A stretch of 61,497 bases of DNA, filler included, from Globobulimina sp. (GCA_003354225.1; 22 parts of 22 records of this genome joined end to end with filler, not necessarily neighbours in it), one strand, 5' to 3'; positions 19,720-30,817 are shown, numbered from the whole stretch's first letter. Notes: generated by a model not told the origin, from the letters alone. Program-made: numbers and translations.

Positions 19720-20760
19720 CCATACGGGGCAAGAATTGCCTTTACATAATGTATTGAGCCGGTTCTCCGCCGGTATTAACTTTTATATATTGCTATACAG
19801 CTCATTTTGTATGATTTATCAAACAGTTTATTGTGAGCTATTTTCCATATTGTGCGCTTGTATAGATCTTGAGATACGACCCCATCAATCGGGCAGAGTC
19901 TTAAATGTTTTTTTCTTAGTCTGATTTCTGTAGAACTATAGTAGATAAATAGCAAGTATAAAACTGTATATTTTAAATATTATCTTACAATTACATTGCC
20001 TTTAGTTTCAATTATTTTATTTAAAACTTTAGGCCAACCTTTATTGGCCTTGATGGCAACATTTCTCATTCTTGCTGACAATACAACTTTTTTAGTCATT
20101 TTTCCCAAAACATTCAATTTGTTTTGATTTTTTCTGATTTTTTTTTTTGAAAACGTTTTCATTAATTCACGCTGTGCATTTGGAAAGAAGCTTCCATCCA
20201 TTATTGAAATATCACAAGAATATGGTGTCATACCACAGACAGTAATGGCACGATTTAATTGTTCATCTGATTTGAAATTAATATGTGTATTACCCTGTTC
20301 ATGCTGGTATCCTGTTTTATATTTCTTCTTTTGGAATGGCCTGATATTATCTCGATTTTTCCACCAATGGCGAACACTTTGCCGTGAATATTTAAAACCT
20401 TGCGACTCCAATGAACGTTTTAAAATGGCCATTTTAAGTGCAGCGGGATCGCGAATCCTATGCCTGCCCATCAATTGATATCCTGTGCTAATAATTCTTT
20501 GTCTTTCGTCAATAGTTAGATTTGCCATTATAATCAAATTAATAAACTACAGAAATCAGACTAAGAAAAAAACATTTAAGACTCTGCCCGATTGATGGGG
20601 TCTTATCTCAAGATCTATACAAGCGCAGAATATGGAAAATAGCTCAAAATAAACTGTTTGATAAACCCTACAAAATGAGCTATATAGCAATATATAAAAG
20701 TTAATACCCGCGGAGAACCGGCTCAATACATTATGTAAAGGCGATTCTTGCCCCGTATGG
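19720..20760. mobile_element. Internally deleted Tc1/mariner (IS630 superfamily) transposon with long TIRs
   Basis: Near-perfect ~214-bp TIRs (19720-19933 / 20547-20760) beginning CCATACGGGGCAAG, with TA on both flanks. Confidence 0.92.
19980..20528 (-). pseudogene. Deleted Tc1/mariner transposase (N-terminal HTH fused in frame to the C-terminus)
   Basis: HTH-like N-terminus (YSRQSVRHWWK). PYSCDISIMD matches the SPDL.P.D third catalytic motif, and GWPKVLNKIIETKGNVI matches the Tc1 C-terminal SMP.RL..VI..KG motif. No segment for the first two Asp is recognisable. Confidence 0.7.
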
Positions 20761-20967
20761 TATATATATATATACAAAATATCGACCAGAAAAGGGGTGT
20801 TTATCTACTATTGACTATTAAAACTCATCGTAGATAACAAGAGATAAGATTGTACGCCCTTTATGAGCTAGTATCCGAAAGCAATGGCAGCACAAACCCG
20901 ACATTTCGACAATTGCTGATTTATATATTATAAAAAAAAACGACAAAAGATACAATATTGTTTCAAT

Positions 20968-22026
20968 TCAACTGATAATATCCAAAGCAGCATTAAAATT
21001 ATGTAAAGAACAAATATCATCATATTTTTGAGTTAAAATTGTTTTAATCTTTGGTATATTTTCTTTTTTGACTCCATATCCAGCACTTTCATAAACTGCA
21101 ATAATTTCATCAAAATTTCTATTTTTTGTAAACTCATCTTTATAATTTAAAAATTGTGGATGTGCCGGATTCAATAAATCACCGCTGGTCACTCGATCCG
21201 GATCAATTCGCGACGAAATTTGCTGTTTATTTCCAAATATTTGTTGCAACTCCACTTTATTTTCAATAAGATCTCTTTTTAAAATATTTTTCTTTTCTTC
21301 GAGAGCAGTATGAATACATTCTTGTACGCCCCATTCTGGATTTTCTTTATTTGCTATTTGTCGAATTAAACCATATACAAAATCGTCAGACATTGGTTTT
21401 TTTTTGATGGGATTTAATGGTTTATTCCATTCCTCTTTATCTGCAATAAATGTTAAGGAATTTGCAACAGATTCTGTTTCATTTTTATTTTTGCGTTCAT
21501 CAATATTTATTGCACTCCAATCAAAATCATATTTGATTTTATTAATTGACTTATTTTGCAATGGCATTTTTGAAATAGATTGCGGTGTTTTTAAACTGTA
21601 ATCAATTTCTATCAATTCTTTGGTTGAACCATCGGATATTTCCGATTTTGCACCAAAGGCAAACTTTGCGTCATTTGTAAATTGCGGCAATTTATATCCA
21701 TAACTCGTTGCTTTGCCCAGTTTATCTGTTTTATGATTTGTTTCAGCTTTTTCTGTTGTGTATAATCCTAAATTTTGTGTGGTTGAATAACAAGTGTTAT
21801 CTTTGCGTGATTGTACGCCATAGACATGTGATGATGGTGGTAATTTTTGATCAATTAATCCGTGATGAATTACTTTAATACCTGCAATTTGGTTATGTTT
21901 TTTTCGATATTTTTTCATATGGTCAGGTGTCGGTGGAGGTGTTTCAAATTGGAGGCATTTTGAAACAGCATCTGACGATGACAGTTTTTGTTTTGATGGA
22001 TGAGACATTTCAATTGGAACCAGCAA
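20968..22026 (-). CDS. EFHB/CFAP21-like flagellar microtubule protein
   Basis: TPPPTPDHMKKYRK...IHHG, LGKA...KLP...FAFG, and LLNP...EF.K.R...EI..VY...GY resemble EFHB family motifs. Confidence 0.55.
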   Translation of the reverse strand: MLVPIEMSHPSKQKLSSSDAVSKCLQFETPPPTPDHMKKYRKKHNQIAGIKVIHHGLIDQKLPPSSHVYGVQSRKDNTCYSTTQNLGLYTTEKAETNHKTDKLGKATSYGYKLPQFTNDAKFAFGAKSEISDGSTKELIEIDYSLKTPQSISKMPLQNKSINKIKYDFDWSAINIDERKNKNETESVANSLTFIADKEEWNKPLNPIKKKPMSDDFVYGLIRQIANKENPEWGVQECIHTALEEKKNILKRDLIENKVELQQIFGNKQQISSRIDPDRVTSGDLLNPAHPQFLNYKDEFTKNRNFDEIIAVYESAGYGVKKENIPKIKTILTQKYDDICSLHNFNAALDIIS

Positions 22027-22416
22027 GTGATGATTATTAATTTGATAACGTCATAGTAAGTACTCATTAAAACAGCAAATAATACGTCTTGTTGCTACAT
22101 TTACCGTTCTATATTTCCGTCAGCTGTAAACATCATAGAAATACTTGTTTTCTTAAAGTTTTGAAGGAAAAAAAACACGACCCCAAGAGAGTCAGTAAAG
22201 AATAAATTAACAATGTCACTGCATAATTTTGTTTGTACCGACCAGTGTTATATATACATCACAAAACAAAATACAAAAAGTGTATTCGTGTCAAGATAAA
22301 CTAAACTGGGTTTAGTNNNNNNNNNNNNNNNNNNNNNNNNNNNNNNNNNNNNNNNNNNNNTTAATTAATTAANNNNNNNNNNNNNNNNNNNNNNNNNNNN
22401 NNNNNNNNNNNNNNNN

Positions 22417-22598
22417 TTTGTAACGTACAATCTGCTTAGTCGCTTTGGTATTTGTAATAAATCTTTGTGGCGATATAAAGTATAAACAAATAATACAATG
22501 TGAAGAACCAACCAAATTGGTACATCTATAAAATATGGAATGTGTCGTCCTTCCCACGCTGGATAAATATTCGTATCACAGTGTTCATAAACACCCAT
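22417..22598 (-). CDS. N-terminal fragment of a membrane protein
   Basis: ATG-started ORF with a hydrophobic helix (VPIWLVLHIVLFVYTL), running off the contig end. Confidence 0.4.
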
Positions 22599-22731
22599 TG
22601 CTCTATCACTGGCTCTATCACTGGCTCTATCACTGGTCGCAAATTAAGATACAGAAAGTTTTGTACTTTAAATCTGTCCCAATGATGGGTTGTATTGGCT
22701 ACACCTTTTGGAATATATCGTTGAACTATTA

Positions 22732-24297
22732 ATGGCTTGCAATCAATGCGGTTGTCAGTGTAAAGCATATGAACAATCAACATCTAAATGGAGCAAAGGA
22801 AAATGTAAACATTGCTCACATTCTCAAAAGCATCACAAATCCCATTCTGGCAATCAAATTAATATCAAATCAACCAAATCTATTCCACAACAACAAAATG
22901 ATGAAAAATCTGAAGCAAATATTCAAAATGACAACAAAGTGTATTATGCACCGAACCCGAGGCAAGCATCTAAAAACAAAATAATCTGCAATCCGTTGGT
23001 GATAATCATTCCAATCTCTCGTTATGATAAATCAAATGGAAAAAGCAATGATTTAGCATTTGTCAATAAGGATAAAACGTTATTCACCACATTGTGTCGT
23101 GATAAATTTGGATTTACAGTGTGTCCATCAAACACAATGTGTTCTCAATTCCAGAATAAGCAGTATTGGACGAAAGACGACATTCTTGATTTCATAGATG
23201 GTGCCAAAGATTTTCTATATGATGATATTGGCGGCAAATTCAAGTTTGATTCGATTTTATTGTATTATTCAGGTCATGGTGGAGAAGGAGTTATTTATTC
23301 CTCTGATTTGGTCAATATCAAAATATATGAAATCCAAGAATTGTTTGGTGGCCGTTGGAAACGTAAATCGTTGACCATTCCTAAAATATGTTTATGGGAT
23401 TGCTGTCGTGGCGGAATAATTGATCCATTGAGCAAAGCAATAAATTTGAGCCAAGCAGGACACAAAGATGAATTATTCTGCTCTTTATACGGTCAGACAA
23501 TGGGTGTCGTCGCCAAAGGAGATGCGAACGGAAGTTTTTTTACCAGAGCAATTTATGACATTTTACCAGAGCAATTCATGGATATTACCGATTTATCCAT
23601 TGCAATTAAACATAAATTAAAGAAATTGTCGAAAAATGAACAGATTGTGAGCAAAGAAGGAGATCCAGAGATGGATAAATATTCAATTCGGCCCAAACAA
23701 AAACATTCTTTTGATGATGAAAAGAAATCTGGTTTGGATGAGATGGCCATGGAACAAAGGAAGGCACCATTCAAATTTGGCCGTATTAGCAAATATGGAA
23801 AACTCACCGAAAATGGAACAAGGATCATATCTTTAGGTGTGGGCGATTCGTGTGTCCATCAAGAGGTCGCTGCAACGAGTAGCACAGTGACAGGATGGAG
23901 CAAAGGACGGCATGAATGGAGCATCAAATGCAACCGAGCTGGGCCATTAAATGGGCACAGAATTGGTGTCTGCACGGAGTGGCCTGATGAAACATTAAAA
24001 TATGCATATGGAGCAAAACACGTATTATGGTATGGTGGTGCAACAGGACGTATTTGTTTTGAGTATCTTGGTGCGGTTCAATATCCCAAGGAGCAGAATC
24101 AGATTGATTGTGTACGATGGGGCAACGGAGATGTAATGACAGTGATTTTGGATTGTGATAAATGGACAATTTTGTTCAAAAAAAATGGGACCACTGTGGG
24201 CAAATTTCTTCATCTTGCAAAGAATCAAACATATCATCCGTGTGTACGCATGACCACAAAAGATAGCAAAGGCGATTGTGATTTTAAATTGCTATAA
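22732..24297 (+). CDS. Caspase-family (clan CD/C14) protease with an N-terminal Cys/His finger and a C-terminal SPRY/B30.2-like domain
   Basis: Catalytic dyad motifs LYYSGHGG and PKICLWDCCRGG. N-terminal CNQCGCQC...CKHCSH. C-terminal GRHEWSIKC...IGV...GDVMTVILDCDKWTILFKKNG...YHPCV. Confidence 0.85.
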   Translation: MACNQCGCQCKAYEQSTSKWSKGKCKHCSHSQKHHKSHSGNQINIKSTKSIPQQQNDEKSEANIQNDNKVYYAPNPRQASKNKIICNPLVIIIPISRYDKSNGKSNDLAFVNKDKTLFTTLCRDKFGFTVCPSNTMCSQFQNKQYWTKDDILDFIDGAKDFLYDDIGGKFKFDSILLYYSGHGGEGVIYSSDLVNIKIYEIQELFGGRWKRKSLTIPKICLWDCCRGGIIDPLSKAINLSQAGHKDELFCSLYGQTMGVVAKGDANGSFFTRAIYDILPEQFMDITDLSIAIKHKLKKLSKNEQIVSKEGDPEMDKYSIRPKQKHSFDDEKKSGLDEMAMEQRKAPFKFGRISKYGKLTENGTRIISLGVGDSCVHQEVAATSSTVTGWSKGRHEWSIKCNRAGPLNGHRIGVCTEWPDETLKYAYGAKHVLWYGGATGRICFEYLGAVQYPKEQNQIDCVRWGNGDVMTVILDCDKWTILFKKNGTTVGKFLHLAKNQTYHPCVRMTTKDSKGDCDFKLL

Positions 24298-24437
24298 ACG
24301 CTTGTTTTTGGATGATATTGTGACCTCCATCATACAACACGTACAAACCAGGGCCACGATTGCATAGTGTTCGTACCGTGTCTGTGGCAAAAACAGCAAT
24401 TGAGAATCCGAAAGTTTTGTACTTCAAATTTATCCCA

Positions 24438-25117
24438 ATGATGGGTTGTATTGGCTCTCAAGTCGATGTCATTGATAACAATAAACCGCCAGCAGTTGTG
24501 GACAATGACACAGCTATGAAGGCAAACAATATGCCATGGGCTGTTGATGAAGCCACATTGCAGTCAACATCAGGAAATGCTCGCAACCATAAAACAAAAC
24601 CAATCACAACAACTACAATAGCACAAATAATCGAAGATGAGTGGGATCAAGATATTGTTGATAAAGGGGAACGGATATATCAAGGAAATAGATTTGAATG
24701 TACTTACGGTGGATTTAGTGCAGCATTTTTAAAGTGTTTAGTAAGTGATGGAATACATAGTTGGACTGTTAAATTTTTGGGAGGCGACGACAAGACGTCA
24801 TGTGTCATTGGTATTGTTAATGCAATTTATGGAGCTGACAAGGGCTATCCATTCAGATACGCAAATTCTGGCTATGGATGGATTGCTACCCAAGCAAAGA
24901 AAATTGACGTTGGTAAAACTAACTCAGTTCCTGGCTTTGATTATGGAATTCGATGCAAACCAAACGATGTGATCAAGATGACAGCAAATTTTAGCGCAAA
25001 AACATTAAGTTTCAGTGTGAATGGTAAAGATTATGGCAAAGCGTTTGATATCAATTCAAAGTCACAGTATAGAACACAGTACAGAATGACAGTAAGGTTA
25101 TCACGCGAAACTGCGGC
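24438..25117 (+). CDS. SPRY/B30.2-like protein with an N-terminal MGC acylation-like motif, 3'-partial
   Basis: MMGCIGS start; GIHSWTVKF...VIGIV...YG...NDVIKMTANFSAKTLSFSVNGKDYGKAF. Confidence 0.75.
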
Positions 25118-25217
25118 NNNNNNNNNNNNNNNNNNNNNNNNNNNNNNNNNNNNNNNNNNNNTTAATTAATTAANNNNNNNNNNNNNNNNNNNNNNNNNNN
25201 NNNNNNNNNNNNNNNNN

Positions 25218-26149
25218 AATTCTTTTGCAGTTTGTTCCAATCGATTCAATCGCTCCAACACTTTTTGTCTTTTGTCCGCAATGGATGTGTCTTCCTGTAA
25301 CAGCACTTTTATTTTCGTTTCCGACAAAGTGAATAAATTTAATTTTCTCCGAATGACCGCATCAATTTTATTTGTAAACCCTTTGAATAGCATCGATTCG
25401 ATGGCCATCGCAGTGACATCCGCATGCCGTCTAAATGCCAAATCATAATAAGATATGGCATTTGCCATAATCATAACTGCCTCATTCTGATCGAATTGTG
25501 CTTCGTCTTTCTTTTTAATCCCAAATGCATCAAATAACAAATCCAATGCGTTTGTATACGTTGCATGCAACCTTTGTGTACTTAGTGTAAACTCCGAAGT
25601 TAATTCCCTTTCCATTAAAAATAAGCAGTGTTCCATGGTTTGTTTGCTTACTTCGTCCAATAAGTCCATGGCCGCCAATGAGGCAATTCGATGCAACCTC
25701 CGATATGGTAATAATGTCTGTTTGCTCACACTTTGAATATGTTTGGCAAAGGCGGAGCAACAATTGCTTACAACGTCACGTGTGATGCTTTCCCATTTAT
25801 TCATGGAATTTTGCACAAAATATTTGCGCGAACACCCAATGCCTCGCCGTCTATTCCTTTGCTTTTGATCCAATACATCGCGCATCGAATATATTAATTT
25901 ACTGTTTTTCCTTTTATTTACCTGTTTATCCCCGCTGGCAAACCGCGGCTTTACTCTTTCCAATTTGTTCTGAAATGATTGCAATTCGACCATGGCATCT
26001 TCCCAGAAATCGGAATCGTTCATACGCACTAAATTCTTGACGTTGTCGCAGTAAATGGTCAATGTTCTGAATACGATTTCCGTCGGCGTCTCATCGCCTG
26101 TATAGGGTGCAGGTGGCAGTTGTTTTAATTCATTTTGTACATCAATCAT
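25218..26149 (-). CDS. Dynamin-related (Mx/Vps1-like) protein, stalk and GED region only
   Basis: SYYDLAFRRHADVTAMAIE and LLQEDTSIADKRQKVLERLNRLEQ are GED hallmarks. No GTPase domain on this contig. Confidence 0.75.
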
Positions 26150-26194
26150 GGCCGGGAGCCATATCTCTCTTTTATGTCTGCCGGTATTATGGAT

Positions 26195-27715
26195 CTAAAA
26201 CCAATGACAATCTTTGGAACTCTTACAAAATACAAGACAACAAAAGAAGAGATCATATGGAATTATTTGATGATTTTTAGTTTTTAATTGCATTTGAATC
26301 CTTCTGATATATCCAAACACCAATTTATCAGATGTAACCATAGCAACATCCATTATTCTCCCAATCACAACAGTTCGATATTGATTACGCAAAGAAAATC
26401 TTCCCAAAACGCTGCAATCATTGTCTGTTTCCAATGAACATTGTTTGCTCAATTTTATTATCGCACTCTGTGTGGTATTATGTTGCACTGTGTCTGGTAT
26501 CTCAATAATTTCACACTCCGCCATTATACAATGACAATGAAACATGGCTTTATATCCTTTACTAACATGAACCTGCGCTGTTTCAATCACATACAACTCG
26601 GCTGCAAATATTTCAGTTCTCACTGCATAGCGAGCATTACACATAACACATCCGCTATGAATATCATCCAATGTCGCAACTGAATCTGTGTCAAATATCA
26701 TGGATACTATTTCACCACACGTTGCTGTTTTAACTCCAATGCCATTAATAACGAGATTTGGCACATTGACCCTTATTTCGCCAGGGTTAATTCTTAGGTT
26801 TTCACCAACTGAAATGGTGCCCGTTATTACCTTACCGACAACAGTCAATTTGCTGTCTGTTATAAATCTATCTATGCATATAATTCTATGTATTGCTCTA
26901 TAATTTGACCTTTTAATCCTCTTTAAAGTATCTAGCGTTTGAAACAATGTTTTACCACTGTACCATGAACAAAACGCAGATTCATTTGTCAAATTCTCAC
27001 CATTTTGAGCAGATATTGGCACAAAAAATATATTTTTTAACTTAAATCCAGTTCTTGTCGTTAAATAATTTTGTATTTTTGTTTTGATCTCATTATAGCG
27101 AGTTTCATCGTCATCAATAGTTTCCATTTTATTTATAACTGTTACTATTCTGCTTATACACATTATTCTTGCTAATATACAAAATTGCTGTATATTTCCA
27201 TCGGTACCTCGATGATCAAAACCCGCCTCGAATTCCCCACGACGTGCTGATACCACTAATATTGCAATATCTGCAATAGCCATAGCTCTATAGCACATAT
27301 ATCAATATATAATATCATTAACTTTTCGTTGTTTCAAAATAGTGAATCTTCTTTTCGTTGTTTCAAAATATGCGTGGTTATATTCCATAGTTGCACCTTT
27401 TTGTCTTTCTGCGTCATCCTCATCCATAATATATGCAAATAGTGATGAAGGACGCTTCCATATTTTTGCTTGCTTTGCTAATTTTGCAACGGCTGTCTTG
27501 CTAATAAGGCCAGCTTTGACTCTGTTCCCATTTTAAAAATTTGTAATTTACTTGTTATCAAATATCAATGTAGAATTGGTGCATACGTACAGTATTAGTC
27601 CACAAAGTGTTGATTTCCCACAACCATTATAACCCACTACGGCGACACTGATATGTTCTCTGGAATCGTGCTTGTTTAGTTTCTGTTTCTTTCTCTTTTT
27701 CTTTGAACTAGACAT
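26195..27715 (-). pseudogene. Divergent eRF3/HBS1/EF1A-like GTPase with a disrupted G3 motif
   Basis: Exon 1 has GYNGCGKSTLCG (G1). After intron 27522-27590 come FAYIMD...ERQKGATME...FETTKRRFTIL, then ADIAILVVSARRGEFEAGF, NKME and LGRFSLR. DAPGH is missing, replaced by a 20-bp duplication with a frame break at ~27300-27345. Confidence 0.7.
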
Positions 27716-27802
27716 AGTGTTTGTGTGTCCACTTTCTATTTTTTTTTTTGTTGTTTATTCTATAATATGTTTCTGACTAAGTTTTGAAAACGGTCACAAA
27801 AA

Positions 27803-27917
27803 ATGAACCATGCTGTCAGGAAAAGACGGTCACAATTATTAGTAAATGGATACGTTAGAAAATCATGGTCTCAATACATCCATAGAGATATTATTAGTGT
27901 CATTCGTGCATTCCATT
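27803..27917 (+). CDS. N-terminal fragment with an LLVNGYVR...I..DII motif
   Basis: MNHAVRKRRSQLLVNGYVRKSWSQYIHRDIISVIRAFH runs off the contig end. Same motif family as in the 28376 ORF. Confidence 0.55.
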
Positions 27918-28375
27918 NNNNNNNNNNNNNNNNNNNNNNNNNNNNNNNNNNNNNNNNNNNNTTAATTAATTAANNNNNNNNNNNNNNNNNNNNNNNNNNN
28001 NNNNNNNNNNNNNNNNNAATTTATGACCAAATTTACCTGATAAATCCTCTCCTGGTTTTTTTTTGTGATCATATTGTATGATTTTGTATGATTTTGTATG
28101 ATCCATTATCTCGGACGAGAGCCCCTTCAAAAAAAATGGAATGGATGGAATTGTGTGAATTAATGGATGGATTGGATGGATTAGATGTTTATGAGTGTAA
28201 TAATTTTATGCAAGAGGTGATTTTGAAATGAATTTTTGGATATGTATATCTTGATAGATGTTTCGAAGGGACGTGAATCACTTTTTAGATCGCTTGCAGC
28301 TAAAGCCCTTCAGTACTAAACAAAGAATAGTTTCTCACTTTTAAGGTTCCGAACTTAGTTGACCTTAGTCTAATC

Positions 28376-29455
28376 ATGGCAGCTTCAACAAAAACCATGA
28401 CAAATTTTTGTGGTGTGTTGTCTCCAAAGCAGAGGCATTGTTTAGTATTTGGCTATAATCAGCAACATACTATGTATCAACATTTTATTCCAGTGGCTTT
28501 ATCTGAATTATGCTTAAAATATTATGATGATATCATTGATTGGAAAATTAAGAATGATGAACTAAATTCTTTTTATAAATATAAAAACGAGGAATTTTTG
28601 AAAGGACCTGAATTTTTTGTTAAAAATATGAAATTTGAGATTTTTATTTTTCCCAACGGATTTTCACCGAAACACATTGGATATATTAACATATATTTTC
28701 GCTGCGATCAAACTATTTTGCCATCAAATATTGATGGATTCGTATTATTCACTCGCTTTTTCTGCAATGAAACGCAATGTGAATATAAAAATACAATGAA
28801 ATGTTGTAATCGTTACAGTCTGTTATGGCCGGATACAATGTCATTACAACAATGCAAAGATAAACAACCGCACGAATTAAATTTTGGATGTTATATTAAG
28901 ATATTACATATTTTTTATAAAAAAGAAAATATTCCATTCTATTTTACTCAAAACATTACAATGAGACGAAATTATAAATTTATTTGGAATTTAAGTGAAA
29001 ATGAGTTGGAAAGATTTAAATCAGCTCAATATGGATATGTTTTATATTCAAATAATTTCAATAATGAGTGTTGGTGTATTGGTTTGGTACCAAACGGAAC
29101 GAGAGTTATATCGTCAGACTTTTATACAAATACTAAAAATAAATTAATAATTGGCCCGAAATTGCTACAATTACCATACGGAGTGGATAGCATTGATATT
29201 GATTTTGAAATTGAAATTAAATCAGAATTGAATTACACGCAATTTAGTAAAGAAACGAAAATTTCATATGATCACGATTTGGAATATAACAAAACAAAAA
29301 CGATATTATTTTCACAATTCTCATCTGCAAAAACGTTATCTATTCAATTATATATAAACATTCAGAGAGTTTGGTCAAATGATGGAGATCATACTAATGG
29401 GACACCACATGTACAAATTCCTAAAAATAAATGGCATCAATTTGGGTTTCTATAA
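28376..29455 (+). CDS. Tandem MATH/TRAF-like domain protein with an N-terminal LVFGY motif
   Basis: Two repeats of W.I...F......(G/S)..F.....(F/W).I...PNG (IDWKIK...FIFPNG; FIWNLS...GLVPNG). Confidence 0.65.
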   Translation: MAASTKTMTNFCGVLSPKQRHCLVFGYNQQHTMYQHFIPVALSELCLKYYDDIIDWKIKNDELNSFYKYKNEEFLKGPEFFVKNMKFEIFIFPNGFSPKHIGYINIYFRCDQTILPSNIDGFVLFTRFFCNETQCEYKNTMKCCNRYSLLWPDTMSLQQCKDKQPHELNFGCYIKILHIFYKKENIPFYFTQNITMRRNYKFIWNLSENELERFKSAQYGYVLYSNNFNNECWCIGLVPNGTRVISSDFYTNTKNKLIIGPKLLQLPYGVDSIDIDFEIEIKSELNYTQFSKETKISYDHDLEYNKTKTILFSQFSSAKTLSIQLYINIQRVWSNDGDHTNGTPHVQIPKNKWHQFGFL

Positions 29456-29587
29456 TTATCAGTTTAAAAATATATACTTTTTTTATAGTCTTAGATTGCC
29501 AATTTATCATACAATTGTCATTCAGTCAGGATCTACGTTTTTCAGAATTGTTCAAGTTTTCACCATTCAACTTTACCTAAAATCCAG

Positions 29588-30404
29588 ATGGCTGTTGCTT
29601 TGAGGAAAATCGATGAAATGCTGAATGAATTGGATGCATATGAATGCAAAAAAAGTGATGGTGATGATGATAATGGGGATAATTGTAGATTTACATTGGC
29701 ATATTGGAAGACCCGAGGTTTAGCAGAGCCAATCAGAATGATGTTCATGTATTCAAATGTGAAATATAATAATATAATGTACCAAGTTAATAAAACTGAT
29801 GATAGGGATAATATGTGGGACCATTCGGAATGGACTGATATTAAATATAAATTAAATTTAGATTTCCCAAACATTCCATATTTAATTGATCATAAAACAA
29901 ATCTGCGATTCTCCGAATCACAAGCAATACTCCGATACATTTCCCGTTGTTTTAAGTATTGGCCCTGCAGCAGATCCTAAATTAGCAATTTGTGATATGA
30001 TCGGAGAAGTAATTTCAAATTCAATTAGATGGCCGTATATATTATTTTGTTATCATGATTATTATCAAAAAATATCAAAAAATAATGAAAATAATGAATG
30101 GTGTTATGATTTAAGTTTATATTTAAAACAAAAAGTGTACCCACAATTTGATATGATGAATAAATATTTATTGGATAAATGTTGGTTAATTGGAGAGGAT
30201 TTAAGTTATCCTGATTTTCATTTGTATGAAATGATTGATTCAAATCTGTTGTTAGACAAGAATTGTATTCAAAATTATAAAGAATTACAACGATTTTATC
30301 GTCAGTTCAACGAATTGCAATTTATGCACAAATGGAGGCAATCAGGTTTAGGAAACTTAGCATGTAATAATTTGTATGCTAATTACGGTAATAAACCTAC
30401 CTAA
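29588..30404 (+). CDS. Mu-class glutathione S-transferase, with one frameshift
   Basis: LAYWKTRGLAEPIR, W...KYKLNLDFPNIPYLID, SESQAILRYI and WLIGEDLSYPDFHLYEM. The two ORFs join if one T is removed from the run at 29950-29953. Confidence 0.88.
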
Positions 30405-30817
30405 AACGAGTGACATTTTATTCTAAGATGTACGGTTATGTACTAAATGTACCTTTAACGCATTTGTTACCATATAACGTTTTTGTCAGCCAGCAATTCA
30501 TTTCTGTACAGACGCAAAGTTCTAAAAGTCCTGGAATTCCTAAAAAACGACAATGATTATGAAAAGAAACTGAGCGACAATGATTTTGACAATTAGTATA
30601 AAACCAAATGATACTGCACAGTCTCTTGTAATATCATACAATGCAAAATAAGTGGATCACTGATAGGAAAAGTAGCATTTTAAAAACCTGACTTTATTTT
30701 TTTTTCTTGAATTTTGTNNNNNNNNNNNNNNNNNNNNNNNNNNNNNNNNNNNNNNNNNNNNTTAATTAATTAANNNNNNNNNNNNNNNNNNNNNNNNNNN
30801 NNNNNNNNNNNNNNNNN

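Noticed and set aside
19736-20777. Two near-identical small ORFs (19736-19924 + and 20556-20777 -)
   Set aside because: These are simply translations of the two transposon TIRs.
22600-22636. 12-bp tandem repeat (GCTCTATCACTG x3) between divergent genes
   Set aside because: An ordinary short slippage repeat with no further support for function.
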